Assembly: GCA_048270185.1 (NCBI GenBank)
Contig: JBLWTJ010000001.1
Coordinates: 1 to 64,000, forward strand
Source of the DNA: Bacteriovoracaceae bacterium
GTDB taxonomy: Bacteria; Bdellovibrionota; Bacteriovoracia; Bacteriovoracales; Bacteriovoracaceae
DNA: 64,000 nt
Reading direction: 5' to 3'
In this document: positions 9,787 to 19,994 of the stretch, piece after piece
Position numbering within the stretch: the first letter of the stretch is position 1
How the letters are laid out: each line of letters begins with the position of its first letter
Translations under genes and position numbers: made by a program
Notes under the pieces: generated by a model
Told to the model about the DNA's origin: nothing
Seen by the model: the letters and a program-made list of their open reading frames with translations, nothing else
Databases searched by the model: none

Positions 9787-12139
9787 CTCTCAATCTCTAG
9801 CTGACACTCCAAAGATTTTAGCCTTCGGTGAAAATGACGAAGTACAAATTTTGTCTGATAAGGCTTACCGAAAAAGTAGTGATAACTCATATGAGGCCCA
9901 TGGAAATGTTATTATCAAACTTGGTAATGACACAATTTATGGAGAAAAGGCGAGTATCTCTCTAGCAACAGGACTTGGAAAGATTTGGGGAAATGTTCGC
10001 TACACTGGTCCGCGTTTTAACTTATATGGAACTGAGATTTCTTACTCTTTAAAAAAAGCAGAGTTTGCAGTACAAAATGCAAAATTAGTTGATGAGAACT
10101 TTGTATTAAGAGGCAAGGAGATCATCAGGCAAGATGATGGAATGTTTAAGGCCCGAGATGCTGAGTTTACAACATGTAAAGATTGTCCTGAGTCTTGGAG
10201 TATACAAGGAAAGGAAGTTACTGTTGTACCTGATGACTATATTTCAATGAAGCATACATTCATTAAAATAAATGGTGTCGTTATTCTTTATATTCCTTAT
10301 ATCTCTCTTCCAATAAGAAAGGTAAGAGAATCAGGACTTTTATTTCCAACAATTGGCCTAGACTTCGATGAAGGCTTCTATTTTCAACAACCAATCTTTT
10401 GGGCCATCAATGACAATAGTGATATGACTTTTTCTCCTACTGTTTATGGGAAAAGAGGAAATGGACTGGAGTTAGAGTATCGTAATGCTCTTGGTAAGTA
10501 TTCAAGCCTTGATATTGAAACACAAACTGTTAATGATAAAATTTGGCAACCAGGTAAGTTAGATCTTTCGCCAAGTGGGGAAGATGAAATTCGTGGTGCC
10601 TATGATTTTAATTATTTCTATCATCCAAATAATAATTTCTCTTTTTTAGCAAATGGTATCTATCTTTCAGATCTTGATGTTCAAAGTGACTATGAAGATT
10701 ACTTTGATAAAGATATTTATATGGGAAGTGAGAAGGGTGCCAAGTTATCTTCTGATTATATGGGAGATGCATTTCTAGTTAATCTCTATTCAAGCTTTAT
10801 GAGCAATAGTCTTTATAATGATCCCGAAGGCTTTGATTCAAGCTACGTTCAAAATACACTCTCGCTTGGTATTGGGCACAGGCCTTTAAATATTTTCAAT
10901 TCGAAGGGTATTCTTTCAAAGATTAACTTCTATCAAAATTTAAAATTTGATTATTTTAAACAAGATGTTACGAATGAGAATTCTTTCTATCGTAATATTC
11001 AAAGAATGGACTATATGCCATCCCTTGAGTTTGTTCTAAGGCCTATTGCACACGTTAACTTCAAGTTTGAAGCAGGACTTGATGCTCAATACTATATACT
11101 ACCAACTGAAAAAGTTGACGAGCAAAATGGTTATAAGTATGGAAACTATGTTAACTCATCAATGTGGGTTGATGTTGAAAAAGTTTATGGCCGTGCTTTT
11201 GTTCAAGAAGAAGTAATCAAGCCTGTTTTGATCGAAGATGAGGAATTAAATTTAATTTCTAAGATTCCACGTTCAAAAAAAGAAGAGTTAAATATTCGAA
11301 AGATTTATCGCTCTTCTTATAAGCATAGTTTGAAATTTGGTTTGAATCATTATTATTACAATGAACAAAAATATCGCGGGAATCAAAAACTAGGTAATCA
11401 ATTTGCACAACTAGATGACTCTGGTCGTTTTGATGAAAGGGACATTATTAGAGGTAGTAACAATACCCTACAAGATGTATCGACCCGTACCGACCTTCCT
11501 GAGTCAAATACCCTCGAGTTTGTCTTTAATAATAATATTCTAAAGAAAACTCCACGTCCAAATTATGAGATGTTTAAGAACTTCAATTATCAACTCGATA
11601 ATTATGATTATACAAAAATTGCTTATTTAAATATTTCACAAGGCTTAATTCTTCAAAAAGAAGATACAGCTACTGGTGATATTGATGATCGACTTACTCG
11701 CTTGGCCATTCTCACAGGACTAAACTTTGAGAGCTTCTCTTTAGGTTTATCAGAATACTACTTTCATTCAGAAAGTAAGCATATTACATCAATTAACTTG
11801 GCCCATAATTTAGAAAAATTAAATTATCGTTTTGGGTTAAATTATGATTCTTTTTCTGATGAGAGACGTTATTTTACTCTTGATGTTGATTTTGAATTAA
11901 ATGATATTTTCTCTTTTAGAACAGGCTATTATTATGATTTTGAGCTTGAGCGTGTGTATGAGTCTTACCTCGGTACTCGTTATAATCCTTTAAATAATTG
12001 CTGGGTATTCGATATTGAATATCGTCAAAAAGATGAAATTATCAATAGTAAATTAAAGCTTGATCAATCGATCTCTCTAAAAATATTAATTAATTACAAC
12101 GCTAAGAATTTTGATTCGGTATTCGGTGTTACTCTGTGA
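9695..12139 (+). CDS. lptD: LPS-assembly outer membrane protein LptD-like
   Basis: OstA-like N-terminus (EAHGNV), FTTC..C...W, RESGLLFP, C-terminal NNCW; start uncertain (9647 or 9695), overlaps folC. Confidence 0.88.
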   Translation: MPFSRPTKYLSLALTILLLTFKSIFFLYLNSSQSLADTPKILAFGENDEVQILSDKAYRKSSDNSYEAHGNVIIKLGNDTIYGEKASISLATGLGKIWGNVRYTGPRFNLYGTEISYSLKKAEFAVQNAKLVDENFVLRGKEIIRQDDGMFKARDAEFTTCKDCPESWSIQGKEVTVVPDDYISMKHTFIKINGVVILYIPYISLPIRKVRESGLLFPTIGLDFDEGFYFQQPIFWAINDNSDMTFSPTVYGKRGNGLELEYRNALGKYSSLDIETQTVNDKIWQPGKLDLSPSGEDEIRGAYDFNYFYHPNNNFSFLANGIYLSDLDVQSDYEDYFDKDIYMGSEKGAKLSSDYMGDAFLVNLYSSFMSNSLYNDPEGFDSSYVQNTLSLGIGHRPLNIFNSKGILSKINFYQNLKFDYFKQDVTNENSFYRNIQRMDYMPSLEFVLRPIAHVNFKFEAGLDAQYYILPTEKVDEQNGYKYGNYVNSSMWVDVEKVYGRAFVQEEVIKPVLIEDEELNLISKIPRSKKEELNIRKIYRSSYKHSLKFGLNHYYYNEQKYRGNQKLGNQFAQLDDSGRFDERDIIRGSNNTLQDVSTRTDLPESNTLEFVFNNNILKKTPRPNYEMFKNFNYQLDNYDYTKIAYLNISQGLILQKEDTATGDIDDRLTRLAILTGLNFESFSLGLSEYYFHSESKHITSINLAHNLEKLNYRFGLNYDSFSDERRYFTLDVDFELNDIFSFRTGYYYDFELERVYESYLGTRYNPLNNCWVFDIEYRQKDEIINSKLKLDQSISLKILINYNAKNFDSVFGVTL

Positions 12140-12708
12140 AATTACTATTCATTGATTTCGAGGATAGTTTTACAAATAATATTCTTTCTTACCTAAGTCA
12201 TGACTTCAGTCTTGAAGTAAAAAACTATCGTGATGTTATGAGAGAGGATTTTCTTGATACAAATATTATTCTAGGGCCAGGGCCTGGTCATCCTGAGGAG
12301 TATCTGAACTTCTTTAGGTCAAAAGGACTTAATTTAGCACAGTTAATTCAACAAACTCGTCGTAGTTTAGGAATTTGCTTAGGGCATCAGATCATTCTTT
12401 CTGAAGTCTTTTATGCAATAATTGAGCGCAGTAACTTTCCTATGCACGGAAGGGGAATCAGAGTTTTAAACTCAGTTAATTTACTAGGCATTGATTTGGG
12501 AGAGTTTGTTTTTCAAAGATATAATTCTTTAACTGCTGTCATGAACAAGGCCACTAGTAATGATCATCAAATAATTTATGATGAAAATAACGAAATTCTC
12601 ATAACCTACCTTAGTGAACGAATTCTGACGATGCAATTTCACCCTGAATCTGTCGGCACATCTTGCAGTAAATCGATCTTCCAAGCAATCACTTCATTTT
12701 TCATGTAA
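12136..12708 (+). CDS. Class I glutamine amidotransferase (PabA/TrpG-like)
   Basis: IDFEDSFT, GPGPGHP, LGICLGHQ, QFHPES. Confidence 0.88.
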   Translation: MKLLFIDFEDSFTNNILSYLSHDFSLEVKNYRDVMREDFLDTNIILGPGPGHPEEYLNFFRSKGLNLAQLIQQTRRSLGICLGHQIILSEVFYAIIERSNFPMHGRGIRVLNSVNLLGIDLGEFVFQRYNSLTAVMNKATSNDHQIIYDENNEILITYLSERILTMQFHPESVGTSCSKSIFQAITSFFM

Positions 12709-12709
12709 A

Positions 12710-13384
12710 ATGAATAGGATGAAATTAGTACTCGATGGTATTTATGATAAGAGAAGTTTCCAGTTTGCAAATACGCATGCAAAGGGGATTTATGGCTTTG
12801 ATTTTAGGCCAAGAAGCTTTAATTTTGTTCAGGCCTATGTCGTTGAAGAATTATTGGCAGATAGTCTATTTAACGAAAATGATATTATCGAATTACACTT
12901 TGAAAATGACTCAGAAATCATAGTTAATTCAATCGTTTCACAGGTTGCAAATCATCATTCAAATATTCGCTTAAATTTTGGAACGAGCTCGATTCATCAA
13001 AAGAGTTATCTTGAATCCTTTGGCAAAGCCTTTAGTGTCATTTTCGATGCTAAAGATTCAAATGCATACCATAAGGTCTTATCTCCTTTGTGTCAGAGTG
13101 TTGTTTTTGATTATGAATTCTTGCACGATTTATCGGCAACAGGTCAACTTGATCGCTTCATCATTAATTTCTATTCAAAAGTCATGAAGGCCAAGAATGA
13201 TAAGTTTGAAATTGGTATAAGACTTAACTGGGACTCAAATCTTTCATCAAGTGTAATAGAAAGTATTGGGCCAAATTATATCAAATTTGAGATTTCACCA
13301 CAGGTTGAACGTTGTTATCGTAATATCGATGTCCCTAAGTTATCAGAATATATAGGCCATACAAGAAAGGCCCTTGCATTTTAA
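12710..13384 (+). CDS. Hypothetical protein, possibly a degenerate TrpF-like TIM barrel
   Basis: N-terminus KLVLDGI..YGFDFRPRSFNFV echoes TrpF KICGI..GFIF..SPRYV; size ~220 aa. Confidence 0.5.
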   Translation: MNRMKLVLDGIYDKRSFQFANTHAKGIYGFDFRPRSFNFVQAYVVEELLADSLFNENDIIELHFENDSEIIVNSIVSQVANHHSNIRLNFGTSSIHQKSYLESFGKAFSVIFDAKDSNAYHKVLSPLCQSVVFDYEFLHDLSATGQLDRFIINFYSKVMKAKNDKFEIGIRLNWDSNLSSSVIESIGPNYIKFEISPQVERCYRNIDVPKLSEYIGHTRKALAF

Positions 13385-13408
13385 TTCAATTCTATTTTAT
13401 AAGTAATT

Positions 13409-14167
13409 ATGAATATTTTACTTTCAAATGATGATGGCTTCTCGGCCGATGGAATTCAATGCCTTTACGAACATCTTAAAGATATAGCAAATGTCTCGAT
13501 CGTTGCACCTGATAAGGAGCGCTCGGCCACTTCACAAGCATTAACACTCCATGACCCATTAAGAGTTAAAAGAATTAATGACTACACCTATAGCTGTACC
13601 GGCTTTCCGGCCGATAGTGTTTTACTGGGAATCAATTCAATTCTAGATGTTAGGCCAGACCTTGTGATTTCTGGGATTAATCACGGGGCAAACCTTGGTC
13701 AGGATATTTACTACTCTGGTACCGTTGGTGCCGCAAGGCAGGCCGTATTTCAAGGAATTAAGGCCATTGCAGTCTCGACGGTAATGAGTTCAGCAGATGA
13801 GCAAAGACACTTCTCGACGGCAGCTGAGATCATTAGAGAGCTTGTTAAGAATAAGTCTGAAGCGATAGCTTCAATGCCTGATTGCTCACTGTTAAATATT
13901 AATGTTCCAAACCTTCATCCGTCTGAAGTAGGAGAGGTTATTTGGACTACACCACAGATGAGAAGATACTCGGAAGAAGTTCATGAGAGAGTTGATCAAA
14001 ATGGTCAACAATACTATTGGATTGGCGGATCGCCCCTTGAGATCGACCCTCACCATACATCTGATCATCACGCAATTATGAATGGTAATATTTCTTTTTC
14101 TTTACTAAACCTTTTGAATTTTTCGTCCGATGTGTTTGATGAATGGGCGGCAAAAATTTCCGATTAA
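13409..14167 (+). CDS. surE: 5'/3'-nucleotidase SurE
   Basis: ILLSNDDG, VAPDKERSA, SGINHGANLG, YSGTVGAA, NINVP. Confidence 0.96.
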   Translation: MNILLSNDDGFSADGIQCLYEHLKDIANVSIVAPDKERSATSQALTLHDPLRVKRINDYTYSCTGFPADSVLLGINSILDVRPDLVISGINHGANLGQDIYYSGTVGAARQAVFQGIKAIAVSTVMSSADEQRHFSTAAEIIRELVKNKSEAIASMPDCSLLNINVPNLHPSEVGEVIWTTPQMRRYSEEVHERVDQNGQQYYWIGGSPLEIDPHHTSDHHAIMNGNISFSLLNLLNFSSDVFDEWAAKISD

Positions 14168-14217
14168 TCAATATAACTGATTAGAGCGCTCATTCGAAAC
14201 TAAACGAATGGGGACTC

Positions 14218-14871
14218 ATGAAGAGGTTTGTTTTAATTTTTGGAATCTTGCTTACCATCTTAGGGTGTTCGACTCTTAAGAATGGACGCTATATTAAACT
14301 CACCGCTAATTACGATGCAAAAGAGCTTGCGAATATCTTTAATATCCCTCAATGGCAAATAGAAGAATTTAATAAGAATGCAGCTTTTAGAAAAGGTGAG
14401 ACAATATTCTTACCATACAAGAAAGGAATCCTCTTCAATCGCGTTGAGGGCCGCTCAATTTCTTCGATAAATTATCAACAACTTCGATCATCTTCGCGTT
14501 TCCTATGGCCTGTGCCTTCTTCAAAGAGGGTTTCATCTGGCTACGGACATCGTTGGGGGAGACCTCATGAAGGTATTGATATAGCTGCTCGTAAAGGTAC
14601 CTATATTGTTTCAGCAGACGCCGGAGTTGTTGTCTACAGTGGACGTAAATCTGGCTACGGTAATATTACAGTTATTTCACATGTTGGTGGCTTTTTTACT
14701 GTCTATGCTCACGCCAATAAGAACTATACTTCTCGTGGCCAGAAAGTAACTCGCGGACAAGTTATTGCAACAGTAGGAAATACTGGAAAATCGACAGGTA
14801 ATCACCTACATTTTGAAATTAGACACGATTCAAAGGCGTTTGATCCACTAAACTTTTTTCACAGACACTAG
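14218..14871 (+). CDS. M23 peptidase lipoprotein (NlpD-like)
   Basis: Lipobox ILGC, HEGID, YAH, STGNHLHFE; follows surE. Confidence 0.9.
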   Translation: MKRFVLIFGILLTILGCSTLKNGRYIKLTANYDAKELANIFNIPQWQIEEFNKNAAFRKGETIFLPYKKGILFNRVEGRSISSINYQQLRSSSRFLWPVPSSKRVSSGYGHRWGRPHEGIDIAARKGTYIVSADAGVVVYSGRKSGYGNITVISHVGGFFTVYAHANKNYTSRGQKVTRGQVIATVGNTGKSTGNHLHFEIRHDSKAFDPLNFFHRH

Positions 14872-15441
14872 CTCAAGTAACTTAAAGTACATAAGAGCAG
14901 TATTAATTGCATCTTCAAGCGCAGTATGGGCGACTTCTCCCATATTTAAGAACTTCATAAGCTTGGATCCGCTTTCACATTCGGCAGGAATTAATTCCAT
15001 ATCAATGAGCCCATAGGCGATACATGAAAGATCAAGTTGACGGTGTTCGAAGTAATTTCTCATAAACTCCCAACCAAGGTCACGATTTAAAAAAGGAAGA
15101 TCAATAGCACTTAACGACTTTCCAAAGAGTGTAATTTTCTTATTATCAAAATACTCTTTTACTTTAGGTGACTCAAGGTAAGAGGTTAGTTCTTCTTTAA
15201 ACTTTGTAATCTCGATGCCGTCGTTATGGGCCTTATCGATAAGCTCTTTATTGTGATCAATAACCCACTGATTTAGATTTGGCTTCAATTCCTCAAAACT
15301 TGGACATTTAATGTAGAAGTGTTTTTGAAGCTCTTTATTAACAGTCTTAGTTTTAGAACAAAAAGGGATCATAGCAAACTCAATGATATAGTCTTTTTCA
15401 TCTAGTCCTGTTGCTTCTATATCAAATGATAGATACTTCAT
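14848..15441 (-). CDS. DEDDh 3'-5' exonuclease
   Basis: SFDIEATG, DLPFL, HTALEDA. Confidence 0.85.
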   Translation of the reverse strand: MKYLSFDIEATGLDEKDYIIEFAMIPFCSKTKTVNKELQKHFYIKCPSFEELKPNLNQWVIDHNKELIDKAHNDGIEITKFKEELTSYLESPKVKEYFDNKKITLFGKSLSAIDLPFLNRDLGWEFMRNYFEHRQLDLSCIAYGLIDMELIPAECESGSKLMKFLNMGEVAHTALEDAINTALMYFKLLELVSVKKV

Positions 15442-15463
15442 TTTATGATCCTTTGTTTTATTT

Positions 15464-15709
15464 TTATAAATAGTTAATTGTTATGTTTGAATTATACTTG
15501 CTAATAATATCTTTTACTAGAGTGTTACAAGCTAATATATCATCATTAATAATACATAAACGACAAATTGCTTCACCATCACAACTCGAGGCCACTGGCA
15601 GCTGTTTTAGACGAAGAAAGTTGAGAACATTTAGCTCCAGATCCTCTTGAGTAATATTAAAGTCCCAGGACTTGCCAGAAGCAAGGCCATCAATTCTTAT
15701 TACTGGCAT
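15464..15709 (-). CDS. Small 2Fe-2S ferredoxin-like protein
   Basis: SSCDGEAICRLC...LAC cysteine pattern. Confidence 0.75.
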   Translation of the reverse strand: MPVIRIDGLASGKSWDFNITQEDLELNVLNFLRLKQLPVASSCDGEAICRLCIINDDILACNTLVKDIISKYNSNITINYL

Positions 15710-16920
15710 GCTAACTGCTTATTACGTGGATCAATATATGTACTTAATTTACTTCCTAGTTCTAAAATCGTTAAAGAGCCGAGTGAAGGAGCGTAGTACT
15801 GTGAATTACTAGCATCCTGGATACTTTTTCCATATATTTCTGAGATCCTTCTCTTAGGGTTGTGTAGTAGTAGAGAACGTTTTGTATTCATGAGTTCTTC
15901 TGGACTAACTTGCTTAACATAGGACTTAATGAGCGTATTTAAAACTTGAGCATTATAAGTAATACCACTCATGAAGATGACTTGATCCGCTTGTTCTTTT
16001 GACTTTGAAAAGCATACTGCAGGGTAGTTGTCATTTTCGAAATTTGAAAAGATGATTTCATTTACAGAGTGGGCCAGATCTGGAATTGAGCTTGTGACAC
16101 CAATAATATAATTATTCTTATTTTTAAAATGAGCAAAGATATTATTGTAAGACTTCTTTGGCTTCTTTAAAATAACGACTTGTGCTTCATGTAATTTGTT
16201 ATCAAACGAGCAGCTATAGTTTCCGCGAGTAAAGAGATAGTCAGAACTGTAGCTCTTTGTCTTAAGTTTCTTTTGAGAAATTCTTTTTAATCGATTAAAT
16301 CTTTTTAAATAACTGACTCGTTGAAATAATTCATTTTCTCGAACACCTTGAGCACCTCTAAAATAGAGTTTCTTTAAGTTCTTTTTGGTAAAGAGTTCTC
16401 CTTGATTATCCTTGATGAATTCTTCAAGTGATTTAGAAGCGTAGATATATTCACTAGTTCTTTTTTCAATTAATTCCAATCTAGACTTTATTGCAAGTGG
16501 CTTCTTATAGAATTTCGCAAGCTTTTCAATAGCATTTATAAAAGAAAAATCATAGGTATCTTGTGGGATACTATTGATGAAAAACTCTCTTCCATCAACT
16601 TTTGCAAATAATAATGTATGAGAGTTCACTGTTGTTGACTGAGGTGAGAAGTACAATTGTGATAAAGCAAAATTTATTATTTGGTGGCGATAAGCATTAC
16701 TAGAGCTATCACTTGAAATTAGTTTTGATACTTCTTCCTTATTACGATTATTTTCTAAAAGTATATTTGATTTTTCTTCAATAACAGGGCAAGTGCTATT
16801 GATACTTTGACTTTCGTTGAGTTGCTTTTCAACTTCTGAGCAACCTGAAAATAATATTAAGAGTGAAATTATAAATAATAGTCTATGCTTCAAAATTATC
16901 ATCTTTGTGAAATTCTTCAT
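15700..16920 (-). CDS. Hypothetical lipoprotein
   Basis: Long ORF with lipobox FSGC; no recognised domain. Confidence 0.7.
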   Translation of the reverse strand: MKNFTKMIILKHRLLFIISLLILFSGCSEVEKQLNESQSINSTCPVIEEKSNILLENNRNKEEVSKLISSDSSSNAYRHQIINFALSQLYFSPQSTTVNSHTLLFAKVDGREFFINSIPQDTYDFSFINAIEKLAKFYKKPLAIKSRLELIEKRTSEYIYASKSLEEFIKDNQGELFTKKNLKKLYFRGAQGVRENELFQRVSYLKRFNRLKRISQKKLKTKSYSSDYLFTRGNYSCSFDNKLHEAQVVILKKPKKSYNNIFAHFKNKNNYIIGVTSSIPDLAHSVNEIIFSNFENDNYPAVCFSKSKEQADQVIFMSGITYNAQVLNTLIKSYVKQVSPEELMNTKRSLLLHNPKRRISEIYGKSIQDASNSQYYAPSLGSLTILELGSKLSTYIDPRNKQLACQ

Positions 16921-17248
16921 GGTCTTCGTAGTAAATTTCTAGATCATGGTCTGCTTCAGTGTTCACTTTACTTGAAAGATTATCTTGAAGTTCTGCAATG
17001 ATCTTATTTAGTGTCGTATTGTCACCGAATAATTCAAGAATAATCCAGACTCCTTTAGAATTTGAAGGAGTATTTGAGATTTTGAAACAAATTCCATTGC
17101 GATTAAGAAAACTTGTAACTTGATCAAAGGCCTTTTCTTGATAGGGAGTCGATCTTTCAGGTGGAGATGGAATAAAATAAGTAAAGGTTTGCTTATGTTT
17201 TGTATTTATTTTATTTTTTTCCTGCGAATTCCTGTTGAAAATACTCAT
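16883..17248 (-). CDS. Hypothetical protein
   Basis: 121-aa ORF with AAGGA RBS heading a minus-strand operon. Confidence 0.65.
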   Translation of the reverse strand: MSIFNRNSQEKNKINTKHKQTFTYFIPSPPERSTPYQEKAFDQVTSFLNRNGICFKISNTPSNSKGVWIILELFGDNTTLNKIIAELQDNLSSKVNTEADHDLEIYYEDHEEFHKDDNFEA

Positions 17249-17365
17249 CTATTCCTTCTAAGTTTATGTGAATACATACAATTATAAACGTGCTTTCGAT
17301 CAAATGGAAATGTTTACCCATTTATTTTTTTTCTGCTTTTTTCATTATTGTGCGTTATAATTTAA

Positions 17366-17443
17366 TTGATCGACAGGATGTCGTAGCAAGAGATAGGCAT
17401 GAAGCCGAAAAATGGAGGGCCAGTTGCAGGGCCCTCTTTTTTT
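17366..17443 (+). ncRNA. Candidate small RNA with CAGGAUG hairpin loop (CsrA/Rsm-site-like)
   Basis: TATAAT at 17356-17361, CGAC-AGGAT-GTCG hairpin, GGC-ATGAA-GCC hairpin, terminator with + strand T7. Confidence 0.45.
17409..17443. terminator. Probably bidirectional intrinsic terminator
   Basis: GAGGGCC-N8-GGCCCTC with T7 on + strand and an A-run upstream. Confidence 0.8.
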
Positions 17444-17445
17444 AT

Positions 17446-18075
17446 CTAAATTTCAAAAATCTTTTTTTCAAAACCTTCATTTAATTTTTCTACTGATTGC
17501 CCTTGGGCCAAATTGATTACTTTAAATTTTCCATTTGTAATCTTAAAACTACCGCACTCTGTAACAACATAATCAACGACAGACTTACCCGTGAGTGGAA
17601 GTTCGCACTTTTCTAAAAGCTTTGGTGCACCATCTTTACTGAAGTGTCTCATCATGACGATAATATTCTTTGCGCCATTGACTAGATCCATTGCACCACC
17701 CATGCCTGTAATTTTCTTACCAGGAATTTTCCAATTGGCCAGGGAGCCTTCGATATCAACCTCCATTCCACCAAGTACACAGAAGTCAATATGGCCTCCG
17801 CGGATCATTCCAAAGCTTAAAGCACTATCAAAGAAGCTTGCCCCTTTTTCAACGCTAATTGTTTCTTTTCCTGCATTGATTAGAGTAGGTGAGACTTCAT
17901 CTTTCAATGGACTATCTCCCACACCGAGAACTCCATTTTCACTATGGATAATATAAGAATGATTCTTAGGTAGCTGAGAAGGAATTAAAGTCGGTAGTCC
18001 AATACCTAAGTTAATAGTTGAGTTATCAGCGAATAATGTAATGACTTCTTTTGCCATTTCTTCTTTTGACCACAT
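17446..18075 (-). CDS. scoB: 3-oxoacid CoA-transferase subunit B
   Basis: NLGIGLPT, SENG catalytic Glu, GMGGAMDL. Confidence 0.92.
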   Translation of the reverse strand: MWSKEEMAKEVITLFADNSTINLGIGLPTLIPSQLPKNHSYIIHSENGVLGVGDSPLKDEVSPTLINAGKETISVEKGASFFDSALSFGMIRGGHIDFCVLGGMEVDIEGSLANWKIPGKKITGMGGAMDLVNGAKNIIVMMRHFSKDGAPKLLEKCELPLTGKSVVDYVVTECGSFKITNGKFKVINLAQGQSVEKLNEGFEKKIFEI

Positions 18076-18077
18076 AA

Positions 18078-18782
18078 TTAATCCCTCACCCTTAAGTGCT
18101 CAATTGCATTTTCATAGTTACTACCTAAGTAGATTCTTTGGACGAAGACACCTGGAACATGTACGTCTTCAGGTTTGATATCTCCAAGTTCAACAATTTC
18201 TTCGACTTCAACGATGGCCGTCTTTGCTGCCATGGCCATTAAAGGAGAGAAGTTACGGGCCGTCTCTTTAAACCATAGATTTCCATAAGGGTCTGCTTTT
18301 TGCGCCTTGATAATAGCAAAGTCAGCGTGAAGAGCTTCCTCTAGGATACAAGGGCGATCAAAGTTTTTGACATCTTTTCCCTCTGCCACTTCTGTTCCAT
18401 AGCCTGTTGGTGTATAGAATGCTCTAATTCCCATGCCAGCAGCTCTAATTCTTTCACTTAGAGTTCCCTGTGGGACAAGTTCAATTTCGATTTCACCTGC
18501 AAACATTGCTGCTTCAAGATCGGGGTTACCACCAACATATGAGCAATAGCCTTTTGTGATCATTTTATTCTTTAAAAGCTTCACAAGACCACGTCCTGAG
18601 TTTCCAATATTATTAGAAATAACAGTTAAGTTATTTAAATTCATTGTTGCGAGTTGGTTAATTGAATTTTCTGGAATTCCACAAAGGCCAAAGCCTCCAC
18701 TCATAATTGTTGAGCCACTCGTTACATCTTCCAATGCTTGCTGGGCACTACTAAAAATTTTACTATACATATAAGTCCTCAA
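18078..18782 (-). CDS. scoA: 3-oxoacid CoA-transferase subunit A
   Basis: GGFGLCGIPE, PQGTLSERIRAAG, ARNFSP; real start may be a few codons downstream. Confidence 0.92.
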   Translation of the reverse strand: MRTYMYSKIFSSAQQALEDVTSGSTIMSGGFGLCGIPENSINQLATMNLNNLTVISNNIGNSGRGLVKLLKNKMITKGYCSYVGGNPDLEAAMFAGEIEIELVPQGTLSERIRAAGMGIRAFYTPTGYGTEVAEGKDVKNFDRPCILEEALHADFAIIKAQKADPYGNLWFKETARNFSPLMAMAAKTAIVEVEEIVELGDIKPEDVHVPGVFVQRIYLGSNYENAIEHLRVRD

Positions 18783-19965
18783 TTACTTCTTTTAAAATTA
18801 AAAGTTTTTGTGAAAGTTCTTGATTTGGAAAGTTTAAATATGGACAAAGAATAATTGTATTTCTTGTCATATTAATAAAGATACCTCTCTTAAGTAACTC
18901 TTCCCAAAGTTTTCGCATATCAAGTTTATTATCAATTAAGTCAATGGCCATAAGCATTCCAATACGTCTTGTTTTATCAACGATTGAAATATTACTAATG
19001 TCTTTTTCAAAGTTTTCTAAGAGCGCTTCATTCTTTCTCTTTAAATTTATAAAGTCTTGGTCTTCGATAAGATTTAAAACTTCATCAAGAAGCTTAAGTC
19101 CAATTGGATGGGCAGCATTTGTTAAACCACAATTTAAAATATGATCATCAAAATAGCTGGCGTTTTCTTCACTGACAAAGACTGCTCCAAAAGGGAAGAA
19201 GCCTCCAGATATATTCTTAGCAAATGTTATAAAGTCTGGTCTTAAGTTATAGTGACTAAGGCCAAAATCTTGGCCACAACGACCAAAGCCACAAATAACT
19301 TCATCAAGAATTAGTTTGATACCAAAGTTATTACAAATCTTTTGGATTTCGTCATAGTAACTTTGCGGTGGAATGTAGACGCCATTTCCTCCTGTTATTG
19401 TCTCTAGGCATATGGCCGCAATATTTTGTTCTCCAACTTGAGAAAGAATCTTCTTTGTCTCCACAAGTTTTGGGTCATTATAGAAGTTTGGGATGAAGGC
19501 ATGGAATTGTGTCGGTATGCCTGCTCCTTCCTTTCTCCAGTCTCCTGTGACTGCGAGGGCCCCAAGAGTTGCTCCGTGGTAAGAATTATCACAAGAGACT
19601 AAGTTCTTTCGTCCCGTAATCTGTCTTGCCATTTTTATAGCATTCTCATTTGATTCAGCACCGGAGAGTGTGTAGAAGATACGTCCATCAAGTCCAATCT
19701 TATCAATGAATCTTTGAGAAACCTTCTCTTTTAATTCAAACTCCGCTTTGGGAATTGCCATCGGCAGTACGCTAAGCTGGTCAATTAACGCTTGCTCAAG
19801 TTGCTGATTTCTAAGGCCAAATGATTGATGGTAGCTACCACTACTAAGATCGTAAATCTTATTTCCATCATTAGTTAAATATCCCCAGTCAAATGTTGAT
19901 TTAAGATTGATCTTCTTGGCGTTACTCTGTGCAGTCCATGTGTGTAAATAGGGAAGATGTCCCAT
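18763..19965 (-). CDS. Class III (omega-amino) PLP aminotransferase
   Basis: SGAESNENAIK, SYHGAT, DEVICGFGR, PDFITFAK. Confidence 0.92.
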   Translation of the reverse strand: MGHLPYLHTWTAQSNAKKINLKSTFDWGYLTNDGNKIYDLSSGSYHQSFGLRNQQLEQALIDQLSVLPMAIPKAEFELKEKVSQRFIDKIGLDGRIFYTLSGAESNENAIKMARQITGRKNLVSCDNSYHGATLGALAVTGDWRKEGAGIPTQFHAFIPNFYNDPKLVETKKILSQVGEQNIAAICLETITGGNGVYIPPQSYYDEIQKICNNFGIKLILDEVICGFGRCGQDFGLSHYNLRPDFITFAKNISGGFFPFGAVFVSEENASYFDDHILNCGLTNAAHPIGLKLLDEVLNLIEDQDFINLKRKNEALLENFEKDISNISIVDKTRRIGMLMAIDLIDNKLDMRKLWEELLKRGIFINMTRNTIILCPYLNFPNQELSQKLLILKEVIEDLYV

Positions 19966-19994
19966 AAACTCTCACTTCAAACATCTAATTTATA

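Noticed and set aside
17290..17484. 64-aa + strand ORF
   Set aside because: No RBS, and it runs through a promoter motif and terminator; better explained as non-coding
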